Notes: a model not told the origin generated them from the letters alone. A stretch of 64,000 nucleotides of DNA from Candidatus Latescibacterota bacterium (GCA_965203805.1 OZ241917.1:2016001-2080000); one strand, 5' to 3'; shown: positions 18,598 through 31,014, counted from the first letter of the stretch. Translations and numbers: made by a program.

Positions 18598-19983
18598 ATG
18601 AGAAGTTCCACGAAAGTACCGTTTTACAAACGCGTCGGCGGCTCTGTGGGACGAAACGTCCTGCTGCTGCTTGGCTGTCTGCTGTGCGGGAGCACCGCCG
18701 CATATGCGGCGGTTGACCAGGAGGCCATGTTCGTCTTCAACACCTTCGCGTTTCTGATCTGGGGCGCGCTCATTATGTGGATGTGCGCCGGGTTCACGAT
18801 GCTTGAGTCCGGATCCGTGCGCACCAAGAATGCCTCGATGATCTGTATGAAGAATATCGGCCTGTACTCCATCGCCGGGCTCGCGTATTACTTCCTTGGT
18901 TACAACCTTATGTATACCGACGTAGGGAAGTTCATCGGCTCATTTACACTCCTCTACGGCCCGTCTGCCGCCGATCTCGCACTCGTGGGCGGGCAGGAAT
19001 CGGCAAAGGCCAAAGTGATCGCGAACAAATATTCCACCATGTCCGACTGGTTCTTTCAGATGGTGTTTGTTGCGACGGCCGCATCGATCGTCTCCGGTGC
19101 GTTGGCGGAGCGGGTCAAGATGTGGTCTTTCTTTCTGTTCACGCTGGCCCTGACTGCTGTCATCTATCCCGTAGTGGGCGCCTGGACATGGGGAGGCGGA
19201 TGGCTTAGCGCAATGGGATTCAAGGATTTCGCCGGTTCGACCATCGTCCACAGCACCGGCGGCTGGGCGGCGCTCGCGGGGGCACTTGTTGTTGGTCCCC
19301 GACTGGGGAAATTCAGGAGGGACGGCAGCGTTAAGCAGACGCCGCCGTCAAATATCCTGGCGGTTACACTGGGCGTATTCATCCTGTGGTTCGGCTGGCT
19401 CGGATTTAACGGCGGGTCGCAACTGGCATTGGGCAGCGCCGCCGACGCGGTGGCAATGAGCCATGTGCTGGTCAACACGAACCTCGCGGCGGCCGCCGGC
19501 GTGGTGGTTGCCCTCATCGTCTCAAGACCGATCCTGGGCCGCATGGACCTGTTCGCCAGCCTGAACGGAGCCATTGCCGGCCTGGTCTCGATTACGGCCG
19601 GGCCAGACATCGTCCAGCATTACTGGGCCGTCGTTATCGGCGGCGTGGGCGCCGTCATCTGCACGGCCGGTATCCGGCTGCTGGAGAAGCTGAAAATCGA
19701 CGACGTCGTCGGCGCGGTACCCGCCCACCTGTTCGCGGGCGTCTGGGGCACGCTGGCCGTCTGCATCGCCGGGGGCGGCAACTTCGGCGTTCAACTCCTG
19801 GGCTGCGTGGCCGTTGGCGTGTTCGTATTCTTGATCTCGTGGGTACTGTGGCGACTGCTGGCAGCGACCCTGAGCGTCCGCGTGTCCGACAAAGTCGAGC
19901 GATTGGGCCAGGATGTCGGGGAACTCGGAATGGAAGCGTATCCCGAATTTGTGCTCACGCCGGAAGAAGCAGATGAGGATTGA
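18598..19983 (+). CDS. amt: ammonium transporter
   Basis: AGFTMLESG, FFQMVF, SGALAER, DFAGSTIVH, GWLGFNGGS, IDDVVGAVPAH (twin His). Confidence 0.95.
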   Translation: MRSSTKVPFYKRVGGSVGRNVLLLLGCLLCGSTAAYAAVDQEAMFVFNTFAFLIWGALIMWMCAGFTMLESGSVRTKNASMICMKNIGLYSIAGLAYYFLGYNLMYTDVGKFIGSFTLLYGPSAADLALVGGQESAKAKVIANKYSTMSDWFFQMVFVATAASIVSGALAERVKMWSFFLFTLALTAVIYPVVGAWTWGGGWLSAMGFKDFAGSTIVHSTGGWAALAGALVVGPRLGKFRRDGSVKQTPPSNILAVTLGVFILWFGWLGFNGGSQLALGSAADAVAMSHVLVNTNLAAAAGVVVALIVSRPILGRMDLFASLNGAIAGLVSITAGPDIVQHYWAVVIGGVGAVICTAGIRLLEKLKIDDVVGAVPAHLFAGVWGTLAVCIAGGGNFGVQLLGCVAVGVFVFLISWVLWRLLAATLSVRVSDKVERLGQDVGELGMEAYPEFVLTPEEADED

Positions 19984-20966
19984 TGACGACGAGTCGCGGA
20001 AATCCCAGGCTTCTTTCACGCAGCGCGCAGGGCCTTTACTGGATGGGCCGCTACCTGGAACGCGCGGAACACCTCTGCCGCCTGCTGCGATTTCAGGCCG
20101 AAGCACTGGTGGATCGGCCAATCCGGGAGATCTACTTCGGCTGGAGTCGAATCTACATGAGCCTGAACCGGCGGCCTCCCGGCGGCAGCATCACGATGGT
20201 GGGAAACGACGACTTCACGCTGGCGGATTCCTACACACTGGCCGACGATCTCACGTTCGAACGCACAAATCCCGACTCCGTCTGGAACTGTTTCTCGCTG
20301 GGCCGCGAAAACGCGCGGCAGATGCGTCACTGCATCAGCGGGGAAATGTGGACGTGCCTGAATCTCGCGTATCTGAGACTCAAGGAGCTGAGCATTGCGG
20401 ATATCTGGAAGCCCTCTCCCGAAAGCTTTTATGCTGCAACGGCGGGCGACATCAACACGTTTGCCGGCGTGGCGGAAGCAACGATGTACCGCGACGAGGG
20501 ATGGCATTTCCTGCGGCTGGGGAAACATATCGAGCGCGCCCAGTGTTCGGCTTCGTTGTTTCTTTCCCAACTCTCAGTGGACAAACTGATGGACGAGTCC
20601 TCCGACGCGGACTGGGCGAACCTCTTGCACGTCAGCCAGGCGTCTGATGCGTACAGCCGGAATTACAGTGTCGACGTCCAGCCGCGTCTGGTCCTCGACC
20701 TTCTCGTTACCGACCCTTTGCTGCACGGCTCTCTTTGCTACTCGCTCGACGCTGTGGCCGCGGAACTCGACGCCATCGGCCCGGGTTCCGACGAGCAGTC
20801 CAGTGCAGTCGCCCTTCGCATGGCCAGGCGTATGTGCGCGCTGATCCATAACGACTGGCCCGACCGGGAAGACAGGGAAGCCCTTCTCGGAAACATCATG
20901 GGTTACTGCCGGGAACTGCACGATCTTGTTACCGGCGCCTATATCGATTACGCCGTTGTCGATTGA
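19983..20966 (+). CDS. alpha-E domain protein
   Basis: LSRSA..LYWMGRYLERAE, RENAR..R..IS.EMW, second ER motif GKHIERA. Confidence 0.9.
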   Translation: MTTSRGNPRLLSRSAQGLYWMGRYLERAEHLCRLLRFQAEALVDRPIREIYFGWSRIYMSLNRRPPGGSITMVGNDDFTLADSYTLADDLTFERTNPDSVWNCFSLGRENARQMRHCISGEMWTCLNLAYLRLKELSIADIWKPSPESFYAATAGDINTFAGVAEATMYRDEGWHFLRLGKHIERAQCSASLFLSQLSVDKLMDESSDADWANLLHVSQASDAYSRNYSVDVQPRLVLDLLVTDPLLHGSLCYSLDAVAAELDAIGPGSDEQSSAVALRMARRMCALIHNDWPDREDREALLGNIMGYCRELHDLVTGAYIDYAVVD

Positions 20967-21871
20967 CTTCCGGGTGTGCAGATACCGTGTCCGGATCCGT
21001 CCAGTACGAAATCAGGCATGTCTCAAGCTACCTGTACGCATTCCCCGCGCGTGAGTGCGTCATGATGCTTTGCCTGAAACCGCTCGACATGGGGGGGCAG
21101 CACCTCGTCCGTTTTGAAATCGAAACGAAACCCCGGGGGTCCCTGAGCGCTGAAGAGGATCCCTTCGGCAACACGCGGCACGTTCTCAACGTCCACGCGG
21201 AACACGCAACGCTGGAAATTGCAGCTCGATCCACCGTAAGACCGGCACGCTCCAGACCGCTGCCGCCGGGACTGGGAGCCGATGCGTGGAAGGAGATCGA
21301 CGCGTGGAGGGACTCGTTTCTTCATTGGGACTTTACGCAGCCAAGCGCGATGGCGACGCCGTCCCGCGCGCTCGCCGAATTCACAAATAAAAATGGCATC
21401 GCGCGCGGGAACGACCCGCTCGCGGACCTGACCCGGCTGTCCGAGACGTTGCACAACGCGTTTCAATATACACCGGGAAGCACCTCAGCCGCGTCATCAA
21501 TTGACGAGATTCTAAGCACGGGTAAGGGAGTCTGCCAGGACTACGCCCACGTCATGATCGCGGTTGCACGCTCCTGGGGCGTTCCCGCCCGCTACGTCTC
21601 GGGCTATCTATACGTTTCCGGCTCTCCCGAAGGCCAGGCCTGGAGTAACGCCACGCACGCATGGGTGGAATGCCTGCTGCCGAAACTCGGCTGGGTGGGC
21701 TTCGATCCCACCAACAGGAGCGTCGTCGACGAACGACACGTCCGGATCGCGACGGGGCGCGATTATCAGGATGTCTCTCCCACCCGTGGCGTCCGGCAGG
21801 GCGGCGGCGACACGCGGCTGGAGGTCAACGTCCGGATGCGTCCTCAGACCAACCGTCAATTCCGGCCTTGA
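20963..21871 (+). CDS. transglutaminase-like protein
   Basis: GVCQDYAH, ARYVSGY, HAWVE, GFDPTN, GRDYQDV. Confidence 0.92.
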   Translation: MTSGCADTVSGSVQYEIRHVSSYLYAFPARECVMMLCLKPLDMGGQHLVRFEIETKPRGSLSAEEDPFGNTRHVLNVHAEHATLEIAARSTVRPARSRPLPPGLGADAWKEIDAWRDSFLHWDFTQPSAMATPSRALAEFTNKNGIARGNDPLADLTRLSETLHNAFQYTPGSTSAASSIDEILSTGKGVCQDYAHVMIAVARSWGVPARYVSGYLYVSGSPEGQAWSNATHAWVECLLPKLGWVGFDPTNRSVVDERHVRIATGRDYQDVSPTRGVRQGGGDTRLEVNVRMRPQTNRQFRP

Positions 21872-21896
21872 CAGGCTTCTCTATCCACTTTATCTT
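21868..21896 (+). promoter_or_regulatory. sigma70-type promoter of thiC
   Basis: TTGACA, 17 bp spacer, TATCTT just before the riboswitch. Confidence 0.7.
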
Positions 21897-21904
21897 TTAA
21901 AGTA

Positions 21905-21983
21905 GATCCGCGCGGGGTGCCGAACGGCTGAGATCATACCCTTGGAACCTGATCTGGATTATGCCAGCGTAGGGAAGCGGAAC
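21905..21983 (+). ncRNA. TPP riboswitch
   Basis: GGGGTGC..GCTGAGA..ATACCCT.GAACCTGATCTGGATTATGCCAGCGTAGGGAA; upstream of thiC. Confidence 0.95.
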
Positions 21984-22004
21984 AAAGGTCTTTTAACAAA
22001 TAAA

Positions 22005-22043
22005 AAAGGCCGTTCCTTCCAGGGGGACGGTCCTTTGTTTTTT
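22005..22043 (+). terminator. riboswitch expression-platform terminator
   Basis: AAAGG CCGTTCCT / GGGGACGG CCTTT stem followed by a T-rich tract. Confidence 0.7.
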
Positions 22044-22096
22044 CGCGCACGACCCGCGGTTCTTCGGCATGCTCAGCCTGTGGGGTATCCATCTAA

Positions 22097-23806
<1,710 letters not shown>

Positions 23807-23938
23807 TACACGGTAACCGGGTTGTCATCGAGACGACAGGAGCGCGCAGCTTCCGATTTCACGAAATGCAGACGCAGTATCGGATTACATCCATTCAGGT
23901 TCTTCTCCCCGCCGGCATCGGATTTCGTCCGGAAGTCA

Positions 23939-25303
23939 TCAACTTCGCGCTTCGTCCCCGGACACCCGTCGTTGCCTGGCTTCTCTGGCGTCGGCCGGTT
24001 CGATGTGTGGCGCATCCTCGCCGGCTTCGACCATGCGCCGGATCAAGCGCGTTCTCATGATCTGCGCCACCTCCTGATGGGATGTCATCCCGATCAGGTT
24101 GCACAACTCGTAGGGATCCGCCTCCAGATCGTACAGATATTGCTCCACGTACCGGTCCGACCCCGCGTGTTTCGCCCCGTGACACTCCCGCGCGTCCACA
24201 CCGTATTTCCATCGACGGGTGCGTACGGCCCTTCCCACCTGGGCCTCGCTGATCTGGACAAACGTCTCCTCCGGCCACCCCTCGCTGTTCCCAACCGTCA
24301 GCGGCAGGATCGACCGGCCCTGCATCTCCGCAGGTACCGCGATTCCGGCCGCATCCAGCAGCGTGGGCGTCAGATCGACCGTACACACCAGATCACGCAC
24401 CTGACCCCCGCCGTCAAATCCCGGACCCTGGAACGCGGTTGGCACACGAATCGAGCTCTCGTGGCAGGACCGCTTGTACTCGGCATTCCGGGTTTTGAAG
24501 TGGCAACCGTGGTCTGACGTAAACAACACGACCGTCCGTTCCGTCAGGCCCATACTCTTCAGCGCGTCCATCATCCTGCCAAGCGCCTCATCCAACCGCT
24601 TAACCATTCCGTAATAGCCGCCCAGATGGCGTTGGGCAGACCCGCCCATCGCCGCAAGATCCGGTGGGACCCACCCGCCGGTATACCGTTCACGGTACCC
24701 ATCCGGCGGCGGATAGTCATCGATATGGTTCTGGTGATGAGGCTCGATATATGACACGAACAGAAAAAACGGGTGTTCCCGGTTCCCGTGAATGTACCGG
24801 ATGGCCGCATCCGTTACGGCATCGACCCTGTATCCCGGCAATTCGACAGGTGCACCCTCGTTGTCGTACATCACCGTCCGATATGCCTCGGACGTTGACT
24901 CCAGCGTGTTCGATGCCAACCAGTACCCGTAGCCTCCGCGTCCCTCAGGCGGAACCGGTCCGGTCGATCCGCGTCCGTTCAGATGCCACTTGCCGATGTA
25001 GGCCGTTCGGTAGCCCGCGTCTCCGAAATGGTGCGCCAGGGTCCGGCTGTCCGGCGGCAGGGGAATGCCGTTTCGAAAGCAACCCGTCGTCGTGGCATAC
25101 AACCCTGTCTGAAGGCAGGCCCGCGCGGGACCACAGACGGGCTGGCAGGTGAATGAGTTGAATGCATGGGTGCCCCGTTGCGCCATCCGGTCGAAATTGG
25201 GCGTCAGGTCCATAGGATTTCCATGAACGCCTGTTGTATCCCACCGCTGTTGGTCCGTAAAGAACACAACGACATTCGGCTTCATCGAGATGCTTTCAAC
25301 CAT
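23939..25303 (-). CDS. sulfatase family hydrolase
   Basis: PNVVVFFTDQQR, CGPAR (CxPxR), GKWH, SDHG; start moved to the ATG after GGAGG. Confidence 0.92.
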   Translation of the reverse strand: MVESISMKPNVVVFFTDQQRWDTTGVHGNPMDLTPNFDRMAQRGTHAFNSFTCQPVCGPARACLQTGLYATTTGCFRNGIPLPPDSRTLAHHFGDAGYRTAYIGKWHLNGRGSTGPVPPEGRGGYGYWLASNTLESTSEAYRTVMYDNEGAPVELPGYRVDAVTDAAIRYIHGNREHPFFLFVSYIEPHHQNHIDDYPPPDGYRERYTGGWVPPDLAAMGGSAQRHLGGYYGMVKRLDEALGRMMDALKSMGLTERTVVLFTSDHGCHFKTRNAEYKRSCHESSIRVPTAFQGPGFDGGGQVRDLVCTVDLTPTLLDAAGIAVPAEMQGRSILPLTVGNSEGWPEETFVQISEAQVGRAVRTRRWKYGVDARECHGAKHAGSDRYVEQYLYDLEADPYELCNLIGMTSHQEVAQIMRTRLIRRMVEAGEDAPHIEPADAREARQRRVSGDEARS

Positions 25304-25602
25304 GACGACCTCCATCTCTGTGATTTTTCGGTCCGCCGTGGGCATTATCCCGGTACTTTGCGCGCTGCAGACGTTTTTCAGCAAACCGACCGGCGCCGAC
25401 GTTCTCGCACGCCCTTCACTCCGTCACAAATCCGTCCAATCGCTTCAATTCATCTCACAGGTACCGGTCGGATGCGCGGATTCGATCGCGCCCCTTTCGA
25501 TCGCACTGCAAAAGGGCGTGACAGAATGCGTCGGCGGGGATATCTTATGGCGTCCGTGGATGCCGGTCCGACTCCCATCACACGTTGCACGGAGACGGTT
25601 CG

Positions 25603-26898
25603 ATGAATAATCTGTCGACGCGCGAACTGCTCGTCAAGGCCGACCGGTATCTTGCAGGCGGCTGTCTGGGCAGCTTTCGGATGCCGGATGAAGTCGCAAC
25701 CGTAATCCAGCGGGGAAACGGATGCCGGATCTACGACACCGAAGGCCGTGAATATATAGACTACATCCTCGGCTCCGGCCCGCTTATACTGGGTCACGCC
25801 CATCCCGCTGTGGTGGATGCCGTGCAGCGCCAGGTTGCGCTGGGGTCGACATTCTACGCGCTCAATGAACCCGCCATACGCCTCGCCGAACGCGTTGTCG
25901 AAGCCTCGCCCTGCGGGGAGTCGATCCGCTTCACCTCTTCGGGCACCGAAGGGACTTTTTCCGCCCTCCGAATGGCGCGGGCATACACCGGCCGGGAGAA
26001 AATCCTCAAATTCGAGGGCGGCTGGCACGGCGCGCACGACTATGCCCAGCAGAGTACGACACCAACGCAGCCCACGGACGGACCGCTGCCTGTCCCGGAC
26101 TCCCAGGGCATTCCCAGGGCTGTCGGCCAATCGGTTCTTGTCGCCCCGTTCAATAATGCGCATGTCGCCGAGGAACTCATAGCGTCCTACGCGGAGGACC
26201 TGGCGGCCGTTATCGTCGAACCCTTTCAGCGCGCGCTCCGACCGGCGCCAGGCTTTCTGGAATCCATCCGGAGTGCCGCAAGCGCCTGCGGCGTCGTCCT
26301 CATTTTCGACGAAGTCGTCACCGGCTTTCGCATCGCCTGGGGCGGCGCACAGGAGCGCTACGGCGTCGTGCCCGACGTCGCCGTCTACGGAAAGACGATC
26401 AGCGGCGGGTACCCGATGGCCGCCGTCTGCGGGCGGGCGGATGTTCTGGCGTGCGCGGACCCCCGCCGGAAGGGGACCGCACCGTATACCTTTGTGAGCG
26501 GAACGACAAACGGGAATCCCGTCTCTGCCGCCGCCGGCCTGGCGACGTTGGACGTACTGGAAACCGAAGGCGTCTATAGAAGGCTCTACGATGTCCCTTC
26601 CCGGCTGCGGCGCGGCCTCGAAGCGCTCGGCGTAAAGATGGGTATACCGCTTCAGGTCCTTGGCGAAGGGCCGGTGCTGCAGCCCTATTTCTCGGATGCC
26701 GAAATCCGAAACTACGCAGACACGCTTCAGGCCGACACCGGCGCCGCCAGGCGGTTCGGCATTGAAATGATCAAACGGGGCATTTTTTTCAATCCTGGCG
26801 GTAAGATCTATTTTTCTCTGGCGCACACGGAGCAGGACGTCGACCGGACATTGAAGGTCGCTGAAGCAGCTCTCCAGCGGATTCGCGTAGATTCATGA
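25603..26898 (+). CDS. class III PLP aminotransferase (GSA aminomutase-like)
   Basis: ILGHAHP, SGTE, LIFDEVVTGFR, YGKTISGGYP. Confidence 0.88.
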   Translation: MNNLSTRELLVKADRYLAGGCLGSFRMPDEVATVIQRGNGCRIYDTEGREYIDYILGSGPLILGHAHPAVVDAVQRQVALGSTFYALNEPAIRLAERVVEASPCGESIRFTSSGTEGTFSALRMARAYTGREKILKFEGGWHGAHDYAQQSTTPTQPTDGPLPVPDSQGIPRAVGQSVLVAPFNNAHVAEELIASYAEDLAAVIVEPFQRALRPAPGFLESIRSAASACGVVLIFDEVVTGFRIAWGGAQERYGVVPDVAVYGKTISGGYPMAAVCGRADVLACADPRRKGTAPYTFVSGTTNGNPVSAAAGLATLDVLETEGVYRRLYDVPSRLRRGLEALGVKMGIPLQVLGEGPVLQPYFSDAEIRNYADTLQADTGAARRFGIEMIKRGIFFNPGGKIYFSLAHTEQDVDRTLKVAEAALQRIRVDS

Positions 26899-26992
26899 CT
26901 TGTGGAGGAATAACGCCACAATGCATTTGCCGGTGAATTGCTGAAGCCCTTTCGTGGGAACGCCCGTCTGAATTCAGAGACGAGACCAATAT

Positions 26993-27973
26993 ATGGACCT
27001 TTTCCTGAGCAAGTCCACCGTTGTCGGCGCCGGTCTCATGGGCGGTCAGATCGCCATGGTTCTGGCGCTCGGAAGCAGAGAAACATGGCTGATCAGCCGG
27101 CGGCGGGAAAGCCTGGTCAAGGCGCGCGAAAACCTGGAGCGGTACGCGCAGGATCTGGACAGGCACAACCGGCTTCGGGGTGAATCGCCCGACGACGTGT
27201 TGAAACGCATACACACGACCACAAACCTCGAGACCGCTGTTGGCGGGTCCATCTTTGTCGTGGAGTCCATCACGGAAGACCTGGCGTCCAAGCAGGCGCT
27301 CTTTCAGCGTCTGGACGCTCTCGCGGCTGCCGGCGCTCCTCTTGTCAGCAATACGTCCGGCCTGCCCATCACCAGCCTGGCGGAAAAAGCCCGGGACGGA
27401 GACCGCATAGCCGGCTCCCATTTCGTGCAACCGGCCCACATCGTACCCGTTGCCGAAATCGTCCGCGGGGAGAAGACTTCGAACGAAATCATGGAACGTA
27501 TCGCAGGAATCTGGCAGCGGCTGGGCTACATGCCGCTTCGTGTGAACAAGGACGTACCAGGATTTCTCGTCAACCGGCTTCAGCATGCGCTTATCCGTGA
27601 GGCCGTCGACCTGCTGGCTTCCGGCGTCGCCTCCGCCGAGGACATCGACGCCGCCTTCCGATTGGGACTGGCGCCAAGATTCACCACCGCGGGCCCGCTG
27701 GAGCAGCGCGACATCAACGGATTGACTATGCACGTCCGCGTAGCTTCGCATCTCTGGCAGGCCCTGGGAGGGTGGGAGCAGCCCCTGGCCTACCTCCAGG
27801 CGCTGGTCGGGAAGGGAGCGACGGGGCTGGAATCCGGAAACGGCTACTACAACTGGTCTGGAAGAGACCCGCATACGGTCCGTGCCGTAAAGGACGAGCA
27901 ACTCCTGCGCCGGACCGCCGAGGTGATGGCGGACTGGGAGGCGGAGCAGGCGGCGCGCGGAAAGGGACCCTAA
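26993..27973 (+). CDS. 3-hydroxyacyl-CoA dehydrogenase family protein
   Basis: GAGLMG, ESITEDL, SNTSG, HF, PGFLVNRLQ. Confidence 0.88.
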   Translation: MDLFLSKSTVVGAGLMGGQIAMVLALGSRETWLISRRRESLVKARENLERYAQDLDRHNRLRGESPDDVLKRIHTTTNLETAVGGSIFVVESITEDLASKQALFQRLDALAAAGAPLVSNTSGLPITSLAEKARDGDRIAGSHFVQPAHIVPVAEIVRGEKTSNEIMERIAGIWQRLGYMPLRVNKDVPGFLVNRLQHALIREAVDLLASGVASAEDIDAAFRLGLAPRFTTAGPLEQRDINGLTMHVRVASHLWQALGGWEQPLAYLQALVGKGATGLESGNGYYNWSGRDPHTVRAVKDEQLLRRTAEVMADWEAEQAARGKGP

Positions 27974-28025
27974 CCGGGGATTCACGTTAGATCAAAGGAC
28001 GGTTTTCGTCGTTTCAGGAGGCACG

Positions 28026-28901
28026 ATGGGCGCCAACAGATTTGAAATGTCGGTTGACGAACGGTACTTCTTCGACCTGAGCGGATACCTGGTTGTGCGT
28101 AGTGCGCTCACGTCAGACGAGGTCGCCGAATGCAATGCCGCCATCGATCACTTCTCGGAACTCGTCTCCACCCGTTCGGTCGACACCGGCAGTCTCGCCG
28201 GCGGGTCATCCGTCCTGAAGGGCACACAGGGTCGAAAGGAGCTCACCGGGATGCTGGGCTGGCCCCCGCCTTACAGGGAGCCGTTCCGCCGGCTGCTCAT
28301 CCATCCCGTTGTCGTTTGTCGTTTAAATGAAATGTCGGGCAAGGGTTTCCGACTGGACCACGGCCCCCTGCTCATCGGCGCGGAAGCGGGCGCGGAGGGG
28401 CACCAGTTGCACGGCGCCGGGGAACCCTTCAGCCAGTCCGTGTGGTACCACCAGCAGAACGGCAGGATGTACTGCCGGGGCGTCACCGTAGCCTGGCAAC
28501 TGGCGGACGTCAACAAGGGTGACGGTGGGTTCTGCATCGTACCCGGCAGCCACAAGACGCGCGAACCCTCCCCGCCGGGAATACGCTCCGTCGAAGACCA
28601 TATGGACCTGGTTGAACAGCCGGTGATGACCGCGGGCGACGTCCTGTTTTTTGCCGAGACCGCGACGCATGGCACCCTTCCCTGGAGAGGCGGACACGAA
28701 CGTCGTTCGGTTCTCTACAAATACGCTTCACGAGCCGCCGCCCGTGCGACCGGGCGTCACTTTACGCCTGAAACCCGCTGGGGCGACTGGGTCCGGGACC
28801 TCAACACCGAACAGAGGGCCGTTCTGTACGGACCCGGCGTCCACACAGGCCCGGACTTTCCGAGGCTGGATTCCGACGGCGAGACGACCCGGGTCGTCTG
28901 A
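28026..28901 (+). CDS. PhyH-family Fe(II)/2OG enzyme, HxA motif
   Basis: YFFDLSGYL, LHGA, VPGSHK, AGDVLFF...THG...RR. Confidence 0.85.
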   Translation: MGANRFEMSVDERYFFDLSGYLVVRSALTSDEVAECNAAIDHFSELVSTRSVDTGSLAGGSSVLKGTQGRKELTGMLGWPPPYREPFRRLLIHPVVVCRLNEMSGKGFRLDHGPLLIGAEAGAEGHQLHGAGEPFSQSVWYHQQNGRMYCRGVTVAWQLADVNKGDGGFCIVPGSHKTREPSPPGIRSVEDHMDLVEQPVMTAGDVLFFAETATHGTLPWRGGHERRSVLYKYASRAAARATGRHFTPETRWGDWVRDLNTEQRAVLYGPGVHTGPDFPRLDSDGETTRVV

Positions 28902-28947
28902 GAAAACGTGACAAACGGCGCGACACGGCAAGAAGCTGGAGCAAGCC

Positions 28948-29811
28948 ATGAATGCGAAGGAACGCTATCTGTGGGATCTCACGGGCTACCTGATTGCACG
29001 CCAGGTACTGTCGTCCAGGGAGCTCGCAGCCGCGAACGAAGCCATCAACCGGTACCAGGAACGGATGCAGGTGGGCGATGACAATCTGGGCGCGCGTGAC
29101 TCGCACTCCCTCCGGGGAACCGGCCGACCTACCATGCACGGCCTGCTGCAGTTGGAACGCCCATATTGCGAACCGTTTCGACAGATGCTTGTGCACCCCG
29201 CCGTCGTGCAACGCCTGAACGTCATGTGCGGGACGGGCTTTCGCCTGGATCACGGCCCTTTGCTCATATCCGGCGTCAAAGGCACCGAAGGCCTGACCAT
29301 GCACGGCGCCGGCGAACCGCACAGGCCACACGTGGCTTACCATCACCAGAATGGCGAGACCTACTGCGGCGGCGTCACGGTGAGCTGGCAACTCGCCGAC
29401 GTGAACCAGGGGGACGGAGGCTTCACCTGCGTACCCGGCAGCCACAAATCCGGATTTCCCATGCCGCCGGGCGTACGCACGTGCGACGACGACATGGGTA
29501 CCGTGGTGCAGCCAACCATGCGGGCCGGCGACGTCCTGTTCTTCATGGACGGCGCACAGACCCATGGCACACGCCCCTGGCAGAGCGAACGGCCCCGCCG
29601 TTCGGTACTATACAAATACGCTTCCAGATCTTCCATACGGGGCGGTCCCGCCAGGGATCTGGCACCCCCTGAGATTTACTGGGGCGAAGATCTCGTGGAG
29701 GGCATGACCCCTGAGCAGCGCGCGGTTATGTACGGTCCCTGTTCCAACCACGGGGGCGAGATTCCGTTCCTCGCCGTGGACGCCGACGGGAAGGTCCGGA
29801 TCGAGCGTTGA
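28948..29811 (+). CDS. PhyH-family Fe(II)/2OG enzyme, HxA motif (paralogue of the upstream gene)
   Basis: GFRLDHGPLLI and HGAGEP shared with the neighbour; VPGSHK; THG. Confidence 0.85.
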   Translation: MNAKERYLWDLTGYLIARQVLSSRELAAANEAINRYQERMQVGDDNLGARDSHSLRGTGRPTMHGLLQLERPYCEPFRQMLVHPAVVQRLNVMCGTGFRLDHGPLLISGVKGTEGLTMHGAGEPHRPHVAYHHQNGETYCGGVTVSWQLADVNQGDGGFTCVPGSHKSGFPMPPGVRTCDDDMGTVVQPTMRAGDVLFFMDGAQTHGTRPWQSERPRRSVLYKYASRSSIRGGPARDLAPPEIYWGEDLVEGMTPEQRAVMYGPCSNHGGEIPFLAVDADGKVRIER

Positions 29812-30815
29812 ACAAGGGTCTTATGGACGTTCCCGAAGCGGAAACGGTGGCACGCCTGATTCGAAATGCGTATCCGTCCTTCGCCCTGCTTGCCGGCATG
29901 CAGCTTGGCGTTTTCAATACCCTGGCCGACGGACCGATGGATGCGCAGCAAATCGCGGAAAGAATCAAGGGTTCGTCCGAGCGCCTCTCTCCGCTGCTTT
30001 ATGCACTGGTAGCCACGGGCCTGCTGCGGGTTGAAGACGGTCGGTTTGTCAACGGCAGCGAGGCGCAGCGTTTCCTGGTAGAGACCAGCCCCGATTACGT
30101 CGGCAACCTCCACCACCTGCTGTCCGATCTCTGGTCGGCAACCCTCAAGACCGCGGACTCGATTCGGCGCGACCAACCCCAGGCCGAACTCAGCTTTGCC
30201 GACATGCCCATCGCTCAGCTATATGCCTTTCTTCTGGGACTTCACCACGAAGCGCTGGCGACCGGAAGGGACCTGGCGGCGCGTTTCGATTTTTCCGCCT
30301 TCCGGCGACTTCTTGATGTTGGAGGGGGTTCGGGCGGCCTGGCCATCGCCGCGGCAGAAGCCTGCCCCAACCTGACCGCGACCGTCCTGGATCTGCCCGA
30401 GGTCGTCCCCCTTACGAGGCGCTTCATTCGTCAGGCGAACGCGACCGAACGGGTCCGCACCCTCGCCCTGGATGTCACCCGAGAACCCGTCCCGGAGGAA
30501 TTCGACGCGGCGGTTGCGAAAGCGTTTGTCCAGACCCTTGCTCCGGACCAGGCAGGTCCGGCCCTGTCGCACATCGGCGCCGCACTCCGGCCCGGGGGTA
30601 CCATCTACATCCTGGGCAACGGTATCCTGGACGACAGCCGATGTACGCCGGAAGAAGCGGCCATTTTCAACATTGTCTTCCTCAACATCTATCCCGGCGG
30701 GCGCGCGTACACGGAAACCGAGTACAGAACCTGGCTGGAGTGCGCCGGATTCGGAAACGTCCGGCGGGTCAGGCAACCGAACGGATCGAGTATCCTCACG
30801 GCGACAAAGTCATGA
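29808..30815 (+). CDS. SAM-dependent O-methyltransferase with dimerisation domain
   Basis: LGVF..LADGP N-terminus; LLDVGGGSG; DLPEV. Confidence 0.88.
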   Translation: MNKGLMDVPEAETVARLIRNAYPSFALLAGMQLGVFNTLADGPMDAQQIAERIKGSSERLSPLLYALVATGLLRVEDGRFVNGSEAQRFLVETSPDYVGNLHHLLSDLWSATLKTADSIRRDQPQAELSFADMPIAQLYAFLLGLHHEALATGRDLAARFDFSAFRRLLDVGGGSGGLAIAAAEACPNLTATVLDLPEVVPLTRRFIRQANATERVRTLALDVTREPVPEEFDAAVAKAFVQTLAPDQAGPALSHIGAALRPGGTIYILGNGILDDSRCTPEEAAIFNIVFLNIYPGGRAYTETEYRTWLECAGFGNVRRVRQPNGSSILTATKS

Positions 30816-31014
30816 ACCGGCTGCCGCATCGGGCAGTGGCGCGGAATGCGGATTCCCGTCAGCATCGAGTTGACAAACAGGATTTCCCTGTTTACCTGCA
30901 ATACATCTTTACATAGGGGCGTCTCGGTAGATGTCATCCATCTGAAACGGTGCCGCGCCATATGCGGCGGCGGCGGCCGGTTGCCCGGATTGACGACAGC
31001 CCTCAGGAATATTC

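Noticed and set aside
25450-26826. Long antisense or alternate-frame ORFs (also 13857-14927, 22684-23730, 33361-34713, 57046-58419, 61208-62509)
   Set aside because: Shadows of well-supported genes in high-GC DNA; no recognisable motifs.
25603-26898. Calling this gene hemL
   Set aside because: No tetrapyrrole context; GSA-like paralogues are common, so only the family is supported.
30870-30898. TTGACA with palindrome AAACAGG-N5-CCTGTTT as a regulated promoter
   Set aside because: Weak -10 and no cognate regulator nearby; cannot be supported.
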